DNA from: Patescibacteria group bacterium
Lineage (GTDB): Bacteria; Patescibacteriota; Microgenomatia; Levybacterales; GWA1-39-11
Length of the DNA: 64,000 nt
Direction of reading: 5' to 3'
Assembly: GCA_035549295.1 (NCBI GenBank)
Contig: DASZRG010000043.1
Span: 1,910-65,909, forward strand
Part shown: positions 8,792-18,856 of the stretch, piece after piece
How the letters are laid out: the number at the start of each line of letters is the position of its first letter
Numbering within the stretch: the stretch's first letter is position 1
The notes under the pieces: generated by a model
Seen by the model: only the letters and a program-made list of their open reading frames with translations
Databases searched by the model: none
What the model was told of the DNA's origin: nothing
Translations under genes and position numbers: made by a program

Positions 8792-8820
8792 ATTATATAC
8801 TGTTTCGGCCTTAATTGCAA
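8792..8820 (-). promoter_or_regulatory. Sigma70 promoter of rplC
   Basis: TTGCAA-17 nt-TATAAT. Confidence 0.8.
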
Positions 8821-8867
8821 CACGCACGAAATACGCTCCAAAAAATCATATCTGATATACTAAAATC

Positions 8868-9797
8868 GTGGAAAAACGAGAGGTAAAAAATACACCTCCA
8901 TCATCAAAAAAAGTAATTTTGGCATCTTTTTTGGTCGATCTTTCTGATGTTCTGCTGAGCCTTTTCGCTGCGACCACCTCCGGAAGCATCATCATGTTTA
9001 TCGAGCTAATTGAGGCTATTGCTGACCTTTCAGCATCCGGACTACTTGTAATTGGTGCCAACCGAGCAAAACTACCCGCAAATAAAGCCTTCCCATTTGG
9101 TCACGGCCGTGAAGTCTACTTCTGGAGCTTCATTTCGGCGATTTTGATAATAGGGATCGCATCAACATTTTCGATATATTTTGGCTGGCAAAGACTCACA
9201 AACCCGCATGAAATTAAAAATATTCAGTTAACTTTTCTTATACTTCTTATAACAACCTGCACCAATGGGTATGCGTTCTACATAAGCCTAAAGCGTCTTC
9301 GTGGCAAAATACACTCAAGAAGCATTTTAAATTCATTCCTGAGATCGTCACTGGTCGAAATTAAAACCACTTTTGTACTCGATCTAATGGGAACTGTTGC
9401 ATCAATTCTGGGATTTTTCGCATTACTAATATATGTTGCAACAGGCGACTTACGATTTGATGGAATTGGAGGAATTACGGTTGGATTCACACTTGCTACG
9501 CTCGGAATACTTCTGATTCTTGGAATACGAGACCTCTTAGTTGGTAAAAGCGCATCAAATGAGACTTTGGAACTTCTCAAGAAAATTGCCCTCACAATAC
9601 CTGAAGTAAATGATGTTTTGGAAGTAAAAACAATGCACATTGGGTCAGAAAGGCTTCTTGTAAACATGAATGTTACGATGAAAAATAACCTCACGACACA
9701 AGAAGTCGCAAAAACTATAGATGAAATCGAAAGAAGAATAAGAATAGAGATGCCAGCCGTAAAACATATTCAGGTCGAACTTGACCTTCCAGAATAG
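8868..9797 (+). CDS. Cation diffusion facilitator (CDF) family transporter
   Basis: FPFGHGREVYFWS motif, six TM segments, C-terminal dimerization domain. Confidence 0.9.
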   Translation: MEKREVKNTPPSSKKVILASFLVDLSDVLLSLFAATTSGSIIMFIELIEAIADLSASGLLVIGANRAKLPANKAFPFGHGREVYFWSFISAILIIGIASTFSIYFGWQRLTNPHEIKNIQLTFLILLITTCTNGYAFYISLKRLRGKIHSRSILNSFLRSSLVEIKTTFVLDLMGTVASILGFFALLIYVATGDLRFDGIGGITVGFTLATLGILLILGIRDLLVGKSASNETLELLKKIALTIPEVNDVLEVKTMHIGSERLLVNMNVTMKNNLTTQEVAKTIDEIERRIRIEMPAVKHIQVELDLPE

Positions 9798-9816
9798 TAA
9801 TTTATAATCACAATAT

Positions 9817-10239
9817 ATGAATCAGCGAGTCGTCATGGGCGGATTTATTGTCCGAGATAAAAAATTTTTGATTGTAAAACGATCCAAAAATGATAGTTTT
9901 CTTCCAGGATTTTGGGAAATACCAGGCGGCAAACTCGAGCATGGAGAATCTCCAGAATCTGGTTTGTATCGGGAGCTCCTGGAAGAAACAGGATTGAAAG
10001 TAAAGCCTATTAGCGCACTTTCTTCGTGGACTTATGGAAATGTAGACAAAACACAGTTCATTCAAATAGACTATTTATGCGAAATAGAGCAAGATGCACA
10101 AGTTATTTTAAGCGAAGAACACGAAGAATATAGATGGGTTGATTTTGAAGAGGCTAAAAAAATGGATATAACAAGTCCTATGAAAACTGAAATTTTGAAA
10201 TTTGAACAAAATCCGCTAGTGAGAACTTACTTCTCCTAG
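9817..10239 (+). CDS. NUDIX hydrolase
   Basis: Nudix box GGKLEHGESPESGLYRELLEETGL. Confidence 0.93.
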   Translation: MNQRVVMGGFIVRDKKFLIVKRSKNDSFLPGFWEIPGGKLEHGESPESGLYRELLEETGLKVKPISALSSWTYGNVDKTQFIQIDYLCEIEQDAQVILSEEHEEYRWVDFEEAKKMDITSPMKTEILKFEQNPLVRTYFS

Positions 10240-10242
10240 AAG

Positions 10243-10554
10243 CTACATTTTAATTTCAACATCAACTCCGGCTGGAAGATCAAGGTGAATAAGAGACTCA
10301 ATTGTCTTTTCAGTTGGCGAAATAATATCTATGAGTCTTTTGTGAGTCTTGAGTTGGAAGTGTTCACGAGCATCTTTGTCGATAAAAGGTGACTTATCAA
10401 CTGTAAAAACGCTTCTTTTTGATGGTAGCGGTATAGGACCTGCAATTTTTGCTCCAGTTCTGATAGCCGTATCAAGGATTTGTTGACACGTTGAATCTAT
10501 GATCCTTGAATCATATGATTTTAGTCTAACTCTGATTCTTCCTTTTTGTGCCAT
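10243..10554 (-). CDS. rpsJ: 30S ribosomal protein S10
   Basis: [26 protein letters not shown]. Confidence 0.98.
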   Translation of the reverse strand: MAQKGRIRVRLKSYDSRIIDSTCQQILDTAIRTGAKIAGPIPLPSKRSVFTVDKSPFIDKDAREHFQLKTHKRLIDIISPTEKTIESLIHLDLPAGVDVEIKM

Positions 10555-10571
10555 GACTTCCTTTTTAAAAT

Positions 10572-10604
10572 AAAAAAACCTACCGCTTTCAGCGCAGTAG
10601 GTTT
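10572..10604 (-). terminator. Terminator-like hairpin between tuf and rpsJ
   Basis: mRNA AAACCUAC...GUAGGUUU followed by a U-tract. Confidence 0.65.
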
Positions 10605-10645
10605 ACACATGCTTTTCTAACCAAAATTGTAAAATGTGCTACCAG

Positions 10646-10671
10646 AGATCCCGGATCAAGTCCGTGATGAC
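10646..10671. repeat. REP-like palindrome (GTCAT family)
   Basis: agatcccggatcaagtccgtgatgac; related to the copies at 31843 and 62103. Confidence 0.75.
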
Positions 10672-10677
10672 CAAATG

Positions 10678-11859
10678 TTATTTGGTCACTTTAGTAATAA
10701 CTCCGGCTCCTACTGTTCGGCCACCTTCACGAATAGCAAATCTCATTCCTTCTTCAAGTGCGATAGGTACAATAAGCTTTGCACTCATCTTGGTGTTGTC
10801 TCCTGGCATAACCATCTCAACACCCTCACCAAGGAATATTTCACCAGTTACATCAGTCGTTCTGATATAAAACTGTGGTCGGTATCCTTTGAAGAATGGA
10901 GTGTGACGTCCACCTTCTTCTTTGGTAAGAACATAAACTTCAGCTTCAAATTCTGTGTGAGGAGTAATAGATCCTGGTTTTGCTATAACCATTCCACGCT
11001 CAACATCAGCTTTTTCGATACCTCGAAGAAGAAGTCCAGCATTATCTCCTGCTTGAGCATCTTCCAATGTCTTTCGGAAAGCCTCAATTCCTGTGATAAC
11101 TGTTGATTTAGTAGGTTTGATACCAACTATTTCGATTGTGTCGTTAACTTTTGTAATACCGCGTTCTACGCGTCCAGTAACAACTGTTCCGCGACCCTTG
11201 ATTGAGAAAACGTCCTCAACAGGCATAAGGAATGGCTTGTCTGTATCACGAACTGGAGTTGGAATGTACTCATCAACCTTGTCCATGAGCTCCATGATTT
11301 GAGCTTCAGCCTCAGCATCACCTTGAGTTGCTTTAAGAGCTGAACCCTTGATGATTGGTACCTCTGCACCAGGATATTGATATTTTGAAAGAAGTTCACG
11401 AACTTCCATTTCAACGAGATCAATAAGTTCAGGATCTGAAACCATATCAATTTTGTTAAGGAAAACAATAATTGAAGGCACTCCAACCTGGCGAGCAAGA
11501 ACGATGTGTTCACGAGTTTGAGGCATTGGTCCGTCAGCTGCTGAAACAACGAGGATTGCTCCATCCATCTGAGCAGCACCTGTGATCATGTTCTTAACAT
11601 AATCAGCGTGTCCAGGAGCGTCAATGTGAGCGTAGTGTCTTTTGTCTGTTTCGTATTCTTGGTGGGAAATGTTAATCGTAACTCCACGAGCTTTTTCCTC
11701 AGGTGCGTTATCGATATCTTCATATTTTCTTGCTTCTGCGTAACCTTTTTTAGCAAGAACCATTGTGATAGCGGATGTCAAAGTTGTCTTACCATGGTCG
11801 ACGTGACCAATGGTTCCAATGTTGACGTGCGGTTTGTTGCGGTTAAATACTCCAGCCAT
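10678..11859 (-). CDS. tuf: Elongation factor Tu
   Basis: [24 protein letters not shown]. Confidence 0.99.
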   Translation of the reverse strand: MAGVFNRNKPHVNIGTIGHVDHGKTTLTSAITMVLAKKGYAEARKYEDIDNAPEEKARGVTINISHQEYETDKRHYAHIDAPGHADYVKNMITGAAQMDGAILVVSAADGPMPQTREHIVLARQVGVPSIIVFLNKIDMVSDPELIDLVEMEVRELLSKYQYPGAEVPIIKGSALKATQGDAEAEAQIMELMDKVDEYIPTPVRDTDKPFLMPVEDVFSIKGRGTVVTGRVERGITKVNDTIEIVGIKPTKSTVITGIEAFRKTLEDAQAGDNAGLLLRGIEKADVERGMVIAKPGSITPHTEFEAEVYVLTKEEGGRHTPFFKGYRPQFYIRTTDVTGEIFLGEGVEMVMPGDNTKMSAKLIVPIALEEGMRFAIREGGRTVGAGVITKVTK

Positions 11860-11865
11860 TTTTGT

Positions 11866-11931
11866 AAAAAATAAACCCTTCGTTTAACTCAGGGTGAAAT
11901 ACATGATACAAAACTTTTTAAAAATCGTCAA
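11866..11931 (-). promoter_or_regulatory. tuf promoter plus leader hairpin and U-tract
   Basis: TTGACG-17-TATCAT, then ACCCU...AGGGU-UUAUUUUUU before the ATG. Confidence 0.7.
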
Positions 11932-12014
11932 GAGGTAAATTGCATGCAAATACTCTACAAATATAAATCGTGCGAATATCTACAAATAATAACGGTTTGG
12001 TAATAAGTCTGCGC

Positions 12015-12056
12015 TACACGAATAAACCCGAATGTAAACGAATGAAATCCGAATAA
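12015..12056. repeat. CGAAT-core repeat arm, about 10-nt period
   Basis: CGAAT at 12019, 12029, 12039, 12050; shares cgaataaacccgaatg exactly with 63251. Confidence 0.75.
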
Positions 12057-12140
12057 TTTAGTCATCAAGACTAAAGGAGTTAATGATTAGTCTGATGTCT
12101 TAATGATTGATCACTAATTCTTTTAATCCTAATCACTAAA
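12057..12140. repeat. Dispersed palindromic element, copy 1 (copy 2 at 55509)
   Basis: tttagtcatcaagactaaag...cttttaatcctaatcacta. Confidence 0.8.
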
Positions 12141-12156
12141 AGGGATTGCTTAATAC

Positions 12157-14625
12157 TTACTTACTGATGGCGCCGAGTTCGACAATTGTTAATCCGTCTC
12201 GTTTTATTTTTTGCAAAACGGGATAATTTTTAACTTCTTTATTTGATGATGAAACTTTTAATATCATTCTAAAAGTATTCTGTGGTGCTGGATCAACCAA
12301 AATTGGAAGCTTATTGCTCATCTCATCTTGCGAAACAAGCGATATTGACAGGAATTTTTCTTTTGGCAAATTGCTGATTACACCTTGCGTGTCAGATATG
12401 AGTGCGTTTGTTTCAGAATTATTTAGGCCAAGAGGTTTTGAAAATTTATCTATGATTTCATCCCTCCAATTGCCAGCATCAATAGTAAACTCTCCTTCAC
12501 TATTCAAATGGATTTTCTTCGGATCAAATTCATAATATATATTTGAATAATTAATATCATTACTAAACTTCAGATTACTATTGCTGCTAACAGTAAAATT
12601 CCATAGTGGATTATTTGAGCTGTAAGACGGCGATGTATATGTAGTTTGGAAATCAGTCGTTAGACTTAGTTGCATTGGTTTTTGAGAGTAGACAAAAATG
12701 TGAGGAGATACTCCTGTAATATAACAATTTCCTACTGAGCCTTGAGATAAGAACAGATTCTGAATAGTATCAACCGTTGATGACGGAAATAGATCGGGTT
12801 TCTTTACCCAATCCGAATACTGATAGTGCTCCATCGCGTCATTTAGAATTGATTTTGTATCGCTAAGTACTTGTGACACGTATTTTGTTTCGAACGAAGC
12901 ACCCCCATCAAGACCTCCATATTGTTTCATGCAACTACTCGTCATAGGTGCTGGCATCGCATAAGTTGAACAGTTTTTATTCATCGTATCAAATAGCTGG
13001 TCAAGATCTGTACCATAGGTTAAGCTGGGATTCGCGCGAGCAACATTAATTGCATATTGCTGTGCAACAACTTTAAAAAATGCATCTCGAACCGCATCGA
13101 TGTTTATATCACTTGGATTATCAGAATAAACATAATAAGAATGTGTAGTTCCTGACGGTGCAACTACTAGTTGTCCATATCCTTCTACATCAAACTCAAT
13201 AAGATTATTTATGTCTCCACCATTCTCATCTATACATGCGTCAGCAGGCGGAGTACTAGAATACTGAGGGGCTGGTGAATTTGTTTGTTGGGCAATGCTT
13301 GGTTGAGACGTTGGGGTTACTTGGGTAATAGAGGGACTAAATGATCGCATCTGAATCGTTTGCTGACCGAGAACTTGCTCACCACTTGCAGTATTTGATG
13401 CTAAATCATTTTCATTTGAAACCATACTTAGATCTGATCTCAAGGCAGGAACTACCTGGGCAAATTTAACATTATAGCCTGAATCCAACTCGACACTACC
13501 TCTTACGAGGTAATATGGAACGTATGTATCCTGTGCCACATCAGTAGGTTTATCAAGATAGATAAGACCCACATCATAAATCACGGCATTGTTATATGTA
13601 GCTTTTGCTTGATCATCTGGATAAACTTTGCTCAGGTCAGTTGCTCCCGATCCGTCAGGGACCGTAAAGCTATAAAGTGCTTTATGGCTCTTTAACGAAG
13701 CTAGAGCTTCATCGGTTGAAATAATCTCATCGGCAGACGCACTACTTTTTATTTGCTCAGAGTTTAATATCCAACGAATATTTGAATCGATTGACAACAG
13801 TGACCCATCTGAAGTTACTGCAATTGTTATAGTGTTAAATGAATTTGGTCGAGCAAGCCCATCAAGACCGGAACTTTCAGATATTATATTTTTGTCTTGC
13901 GGTGAATCAGCATTTTCAACAACGCCCGGCAGAATTTGCGAGATAGGTTTGTTAACAGGCAGATTCAATGCCCCTCCCAAGTTTACAACAGGCAAGCCAA
14001 GGCTTGTTCTATGACACTCTACAAAAGTAACAGATGAGGGATAGCCTGTTTTTTTATAGGTATGCTGACAAGAAAGGAATGAATCTGCTAACCCTATACT
14101 CTTTATTACACTCTGTGCCATGTCAATCGGAGTCGAAGAGGAAATATTATCTGAGTTAATTGTGCTTATTTTAAAGTCTCCATACGAACGATAGTTAAAT
14201 TCTCCCGACGATTTGTTAAATTGCATTATTCCACGCTTCTCGGGATCTACTAAATTGTCAAACACCACGTTTGGGTCACCCGCTGTTTCTTTAAGCTGGT
14301 CAAGACCGAATTTATTTCCAAAGGCAAACGCTTCGGCGGTCGTAAAATTGGATTTGAGAATATATTTTGAAACAGATACAGGAGCAACTGAACTACTAGG
14401 CTGTTTTTCAGTGTAATAATTAAAATACACTTTTTGGCTCGGTGTTTCTGCCGTTTTTGAGGTTTTATTTCCCTTAGCTGGTTCGTTTTGTGCGACTTTT
14501 GGTTTGTTTAGTAGTAAAAATATTGCTAGCACCAAAGTAATGAATATAGCAATTCCGCAAGCTATAAAAATCCAGTTCTTTTTGAAGTTAAAATTTTGAA
14601 ATAAATTCCTGATCTTTTGGATCAT
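12157..14625 (-). CDS. Large membrane-anchored extracellular protein of unknown function
   Basis: 822 aa, single N-terminal TM helix, Ser/Pro/Thr linker. Confidence 0.8.
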   Translation of the reverse strand: MIQKIRNLFQNFNFKKNWIFIACGIAIFITLVLAIFLLLNKPKVAQNEPAKGNKTSKTAETPSQKVYFNYYTEKQPSSSVAPVSVSKYILKSNFTTAEAFAFGNKFGLDQLKETAGDPNVVFDNLVDPEKRGIMQFNKSSGEFNYRSYGDFKISTINSDNISSSTPIDMAQSVIKSIGLADSFLSCQHTYKKTGYPSSVTFVECHRTSLGLPVVNLGGALNLPVNKPISQILPGVVENADSPQDKNIISESSGLDGLARPNSFNTITIAVTSDGSLLSIDSNIRWILNSEQIKSSASADEIISTDEALASLKSHKALYSFTVPDGSGATDLSKVYPDDQAKATYNNAVIYDVGLIYLDKPTDVAQDTYVPYYLVRGSVELDSGYNVKFAQVVPALRSDLSMVSNENDLASNTASGEQVLGQQTIQMRSFSPSITQVTPTSQPSIAQQTNSPAPQYSSTPPADACIDENGGDINNLIEFDVEGYGQLVVAPSGTTHSYYVYSDNPSDINIDAVRDAFFKVVAQQYAINVARANPSLTYGTDLDQLFDTMNKNCSTYAMPAPMTSSCMKQYGGLDGGASFETKYVSQVLSDTKSILNDAMEHYQYSDWVKKPDLFPSSTVDTIQNLFLSQGSVGNCYITGVSPHIFVYSQKPMQLSLTTDFQTTYTSPSYSSNNPLWNFTVSSNSNLKFSNDINYSNIYYEFDPKKIHLNSEGEFTIDAGNWRDEIIDKFSKPLGLNNSETNALISDTQGVISNLPKEKFLSISLVSQDEMSNKLPILVDPAPQNTFRMILKVSSSNKEVKNYPVLQKIKRDGLTIVELGAISK

Positions 14626-14667
14626 ATTTCAGGTTACACATAAGCTGAACTTTATTCAAGCAAGAGG

Positions 14668-15333
14668 CTACTTTTGTTTAACTAAGAAGTATTCTTCGCG
14701 AGGCAAACCTTCTCTGAGCTTTAAAATTCTTTCGTAATCATGTTTTTGAGACTTGTGGGCTGCCATCGCTGCAAGCTTTGTGTCCCAAACACTTGAAACA
14801 TCGACAACCTCATCTATATCTTCCATCTTGTATCCATCTGGCCTGTAGACAAAATATGGCTGACCTTTTTGTCGATCCGTCATTTGTCTAGTATTTGCCG
14901 TATACATGATCTTTTTAATAAAAGGTGACCTTTCAAAGACGAATGACGAAACCATGGACATAACTATGTGATCTATATGACCTGATCCGCCATTGGGATT
15001 GGAAGTGAGTATCAATTCGGGTTTTATTTTCTCAAGATGCTTCTCAATTGAATCGGCTATTTTATGATAGATCGAATTGGAAAGCGTGCCGTCAACAAAA
15101 CCTAGGAAAAAAACTTTTTTGATTCCCAAAATTTTTGCGGATTTTCTAAGTTCGTCGGCACGAACTTCGGATAATGGTTTACCATTTCTTAAACTATCCT
15201 TCCCTATTTCTCCCTTAGTAGCACAAAGCAAATATAGATCGTATTTTTGGGCAAGAAGCGCTATCGTCCCGGCCGGCCCGAAAGCCTCGTCATCCGGGTG
15301 GGCGAAAATACATACTGCGGTGCGGTTTTTCAC
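14668..15333 (-). CDS. PIG-L/LmbE family deacetylase
   Basis: AHPDDE, GHIDH, AHKSQ motifs; GTG start. Confidence 0.93.
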   Translation of the reverse strand: MKNRTAVCIFAHPDDEAFGPAGTIALLAQKYDLYLLCATKGEIGKDSLRNGKPLSEVRADELRKSAKILGIKKVFFLGFVDGTLSNSIYHKIADSIEKHLEKIKPELILTSNPNGGSGHIDHIVMSMVSSFVFERSPFIKKIMYTANTRQMTDRQKGQPYFVYRPDGYKMEDIDEVVDVSSVWDTKLAAMAAHKSQKHDYERILKLREGLPREEYFLVKQK

Positions 15334-15343
15334 AACTGTATTT

Positions 15344-15831
15344 TATCACTAATGTATCCGAATGGTTAGTCCGAATGAACCGAATGCACTATACTTTAAT
15401 TATGCCCAATATCGTTTATCCGGAACTTTCATATAAGTTAATGGGTATTCTATTTCAAATACATACAGAATTAGGTAATAGATATCAAGAAAAATATTAT
15501 CAACGAGCAATTGAATTATCTCTTAAGAAAAATGGAATTATATATAAAAAGGAACTACCAGTAGATTTAATCTTTGAGGGAGAGAAAATTGGTAAATATT
15601 ATCTCGATTTTTTGGTTGAGAATAAAATTATTTTAGAAGTAAAAGCAGTCGAGAGAATCTTACCTAAAGATTTTACTCAATTACTTGCATATTTAAAGGC
15701 AAACAACCTAGAGCTAGGAATTCTAGTAAACTTCAGGACTAATAAATTATTTTCTCGAAGAATTTTAAACTCGGATTTTCAAAGAGACAATTCGGGTCAT
15801 TTGGAGTAAAAATTCGGATTTATTCGTGATA
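15344..15831 (+). mobile_element. Putative GxxExxY element bounded by inverted CGAAT/ATTCG repeat arms
   Basis: Left core spacing 10,13,9 mirrors right spacing 9,13,10; termini tatcac / gtgata. Confidence 0.6.
15402..15809 (+). CDS. GxxExxY protein (PD-(D/E)XK nuclease-like)
   Basis: LGNRYQEKYYQ, LDFLVENKIILEVKA, QLLAYLKA..LGILVNF; start placed at MPNIVY. Confidence 0.9.
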   Translation: MPNIVYPELSYKLMGILFQIHTELGNRYQEKYYQRAIELSLKKNGIIYKKELPVDLIFEGEKIGKYYLDFLVENKIILEVKAVERILPKDFTQLLAYLKANNLELGILVNFRTNKLFSRRILNSDFQRDNSGHLE

Positions 15832-15834
15832 CCG

Positions 15835-16374
15835 CTACGCGGTGCCTAGTTGTTCCAGTTTTTCTACCATATGGTCATCACTAATATTTGATACATCAAC
15901 ATTTTGCTGATGCATAAGGATGAGGCCTTGGATGATTTTTCTAGCTTTCGCAGCATCTGCTTTTCTTAGATATGGCACAGAGACTGTATTATCGGCAAAT
16001 GACTGGTCAACAATCTTGAGCGTTGAAAAAAACGGACCCTCATCAAGAAAAACATCAAGAATATTTTTTACATATATGCAGTGGACATTAAAAGATGAAA
16101 AGAACTCTTTTGTAATGACATTTACCTTGAGAGGGTCTATCGTTATCTTATCGGGAAAAAGTGCAAAAGGAAAAACAGATTTTGTTTTGAAAAGAACATG
16201 ATTGGATTTGGAAATGATGAGATTAAATTTTCTCGTATTCTCTGCGACTTTTTTGACATATTCTTTGGCCGCATCTTTGAGTCCCTCTTTGTTGGCTTCA
16301 TCTATAAATTTCTGGCGAGCGGGATCGCTTCTGATCTGACCGTTTTTTGGGTATGATGAAAGTTGATTATCCAT
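15835..16374 (-). CDS. Hypothetical protein (possible PH-like domain)
   Basis: 179-aa ORF; FPDKITID...GPFFSTL pattern. Confidence 0.7.
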   Translation of the reverse strand: MDNQLSSYPKNGQIRSDPARQKFIDEANKEGLKDAAKEYVKKVAENTRKFNLIISKSNHVLFKTKSVFPFALFPDKITIDPLKVNVITKEFFSSFNVHCIYVKNILDVFLDEGPFFSTLKIVDQSFADNTVSVPYLRKADAAKARKIIQGLILMHQQNVDVSNISDDHMVEKLEQLGTA

Positions 16375-16597
16375 AGCTATCTAAGTTACACAAGAGGGTT
16401 TAAGTTCACACAAAGATTGGCGAAGAAAAGGGTAAGAACTTATCGAGAATATCTAGATCAATACTACAAATAAGCAAATGAATTAAGAAACTCTAAAATG
16501 AATTAATATATAAATATTATTTCGAATTTATATATTTAACAATTTATAATTCATTTGAACTTTATCATTTGCATATTTGCTTATTAAAGCATGGCTC

Positions 16598-16634
16598 ACC
16601 CTCATCCTAACCTTCTCCCCTCAAGGGAGAAGGA
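16598..16634. repeat. REP-like hairpin
   Basis: ccctcatcctaa-ccttctccc-ctcaa-gggagaagg. Confidence 0.6.
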
Positions 16635-16677
16635 AATCAAGGTTTTTTGATTTGCGATCTCCTGATATAATGTCTAT

Positions 16678-17070
16678 ATGAAATATAATGACCTTACGGA
16701 TGAAGAGAAACACGTTATTGAGGATCGGGGCACTGAGCGCGCGTTTACGGGTGAATATGACGACTTCTATGTTCCGGGGACTTTTATATGTCGTAAATGC
16801 AATCTCCCTCTATTCTCATCAAAAGCAAAATTTGATGCTGGATGTGGATGGCCGGCGTTTGATGATAATTTTCCAAATGCAATTCGTCGCATGGCTGACC
16901 CTGATGGTGAGCGCACTGAAATAGAATGCGCGAATTGCGGAGCACATCTTGGACATGTTTTTGAAGGTGAGCAGATGACTGAGAAAGATACTAGGCACTG
17001 TGTAAATTCACTTTCTATTCGCTTTGTTAAAGAAGGCGATAAAATACCTCCCACAATAACTGAAGAATAG
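16678..17070 (+). CDS. msrB: Peptide-methionine (R)-S-oxide reductase, cytoplasmic
   Basis: GTERAF, GCGWPAF, HLGHVF, RHCVNS, two CxxC motifs. Confidence 0.95.
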   Translation: MKYNDLTDEEKHVIEDRGTERAFTGEYDDFYVPGTFICRKCNLPLFSSKAKFDAGCGWPAFDDNFPNAIRRMADPDGERTEIECANCGAHLGHVFEGEQMTEKDTRHCVNSLSIRFVKEGDKIPPTITEE

Positions 17071-17104
17071 TTGATATAATTTTTCTCCCAGGTCTTTTTT
17101 GTTT

Positions 17105-17662
17105 ATGAAGAAGAAAATGTCGTATGGCAAGTTGTTTTCTATATTTCTCGCTGCCGGCTGGGCCTTTGGAGGCGGCTTGGGAGTAATTTTTGAGATGGAA
17201 AAACAACTCGTACACAAGCACCATTTCCTAAGTAAAAAAGAATTTATGTCTCTTTTTGCAATAGGACGCGTCGTTCCAAGTGGAACAGTCACGGCCATTG
17301 CGATCGCCGTCGGCTACAAATACAAAGGGCTTCTCGGAACTTTAGTTGCGCTTCTCGGGGTCATGATTCCAGGTTTTACAATAACTTTGATACTCGCCGC
17401 GCTCTATACTGTTTTTAAACAAAATAATTATTTTGAAATAATAAATGCCAGCATTATGCCAGCGGCAGTAGGCCTCATATTCCTCGCAGCAGTAAATATG
17501 GGAAAAGACGTTTTTCATTCACCGCTTCTTATTGCGTTCGCTCTAGCAGCATTTCTCGCGACCATGCTTGGCATGAGCGTTACACTTGTCATTGGACTCG
17601 GAGCACTACTTGGAATTGTTCTTTTCTCACAAATAAAGGAGGGTCATGATCTCCCTTATTAA
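17105..17662 (+). CDS. Short-chain chromate transporter subunit
   Basis: AFGGG motif, AIGRVVPSG; paired with the next gene. Confidence 0.85.
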   Translation: MKKKMSYGKLFSIFLAAGWAFGGGLGVIFEMEKQLVHKHHFLSKKEFMSLFAIGRVVPSGTVTAIAIAVGYKYKGLLGTLVALLGVMIPGFTITLILAALYTVFKQNNYFEIINASIMPAAVGLIFLAAVNMGKDVFHSPLLIAFALAAFLATMLGMSVTLVIGLGALLGIVLFSQIKEGHDLPY

Positions 17663-18179
17663 TCTCCTTTGGATATTTGTAGTCGATACAGTCATAACTT
17701 TTGGAAATGGCCCAGTCATACTACCGCTTCTCAATCAATCCCTAGTTCAACAGCTTCATGTTATCTCAAGCGATCAACTTCTTTATGCATATGCAATAGG
17801 AAGAGTAACACCCGGGCAGGTAAATCTTTATATTGCAGCTGTTGGATATTTTCTTTTTGGACCAGTGGGTGCAGTTTTATCCTCTATCTCAATAATTCTT
17901 CCTGGATTTTTGATGATTCCAATGGTCGCATGGTATGAAAAATTTCACAAAGTATCGATCATCAACAATCTAATAAAAGGAATAACAGTTGTATCAATCG
18001 GACTGATATTTACAGCAACAGTTGCCATCGGTCAGGATGTTTTGAAAGGAGTTAACACCTGGATCGTTTTCCTATCAGTTATTGTTTTTAACAGAGTATT
18101 TAAAATAAACGGCTTCCTGAGCTTCATCGCCGGAAGCGTACTGGGAATAGCAATCTATTTCTTCCCCCTCCACCACTAA
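17646..18179 (+). CDS. Short-chain chromate transporter subunit
   Basis: TFGNG, AIGRVTPG motifs. Confidence 0.85.
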   Translation: MISLINLLWIFVVDTVITFGNGPVILPLLNQSLVQQLHVISSDQLLYAYAIGRVTPGQVNLYIAAVGYFLFGPVGAVLSSISIILPGFLMIPMVAWYEKFHKVSIINNLIKGITVVSIGLIFTATVAIGQDVLKGVNTWIVFLSVIVFNRVFKINGFLSFIAGSVLGIAIYFFPLHH

Positions 18180-18236
18180 ATTACCCAAGCTTGACAACTA
18201 CCACTAAGAATTGCAATCCGATATAATTCATTTCAA

Positions 18237-18794
18237 ATGGATTCATCACCTGACTTAAAAGAAGGAAGAGGCTTAACCAGTTCTATTGATTTCTCCAGGG
18301 CACCGACTGAAATTCACGGCTATAGCTTCGGCGAACCTATTGATAGAAGTAATTATACAAGCTTTCTTATTGACGATTTCAAAAGATCAAGAGGAAAAGC
18401 TGCAGCACAAGTATATTCGTGGGAATGGATGAAAAACCACACTGGTGTAGATATTCCACGTTTATTAACACAATTTGTGCAAAGTGGTGGATTAAGCGTA
18501 TTGACCCCCGAAGAATCTTCAAGAGTTTTACAAGAATTTAGTAGAGAAGGTAGACACAAAAGAACAATAAATCAAATATCATATGAGGAAGATAAATCTT
18601 TTTCATCTCATCTATCCAAACAAATAATGGATGTTGTAAAAATACATAATAATCAAGGGAAAGCAATTATATTAAACGGACAAGATCATCAGGTCGGAGT
18701 AATTGATGAGAGCGTAATAGGAATGAGCAGAGATGACTTTCTGAAATGGCAGGCCACGGATGCTCAAAAAGATGAGAGCCTCTTAAGAGGATGA
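18237..18794 (+). CDS. Hypothetical protein
   Basis: 185-aa ORF with TATAAT 9 nt upstream. Confidence 0.7.
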   Translation: MDSSPDLKEGRGLTSSIDFSRAPTEIHGYSFGEPIDRSNYTSFLIDDFKRSRGKAAAQVYSWEWMKNHTGVDIPRLLTQFVQSGGLSVLTPEESSRVLQEFSREGRHKRTINQISYEEDKSFSSHLSKQIMDVVKIHNNQGKAIILNGQDHQVGVIDESVIGMSRDDFLKWQATDAQKDESLLRG

Positions 18795-18819
18795 CCCCAT
18801 AATCTTAATTGATGTAGAC

Positions 18820-18849
18820 TTAATTTTTGTCGGGGACAAATTTGAGGGC
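18820..18849 (-). repeat. Duplicated 3' tail of msrB (direct repeat of 19849-19878)
   Basis: ttaatttttgtcggggac(a/g)aatttgagggc, 29 of 30 identical, encodes ALKFVPDKN*. Confidence 0.9.
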
Positions 18850-18856
18850 TGATTTT

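Noticed and set aside
10634-11874. Plus-strand ORFs antisense to tuf, and similar shadows over fusA, rpoB and rpoC
   Set aside because: Antisense shadows of conserved genes with no recognisable motifs.
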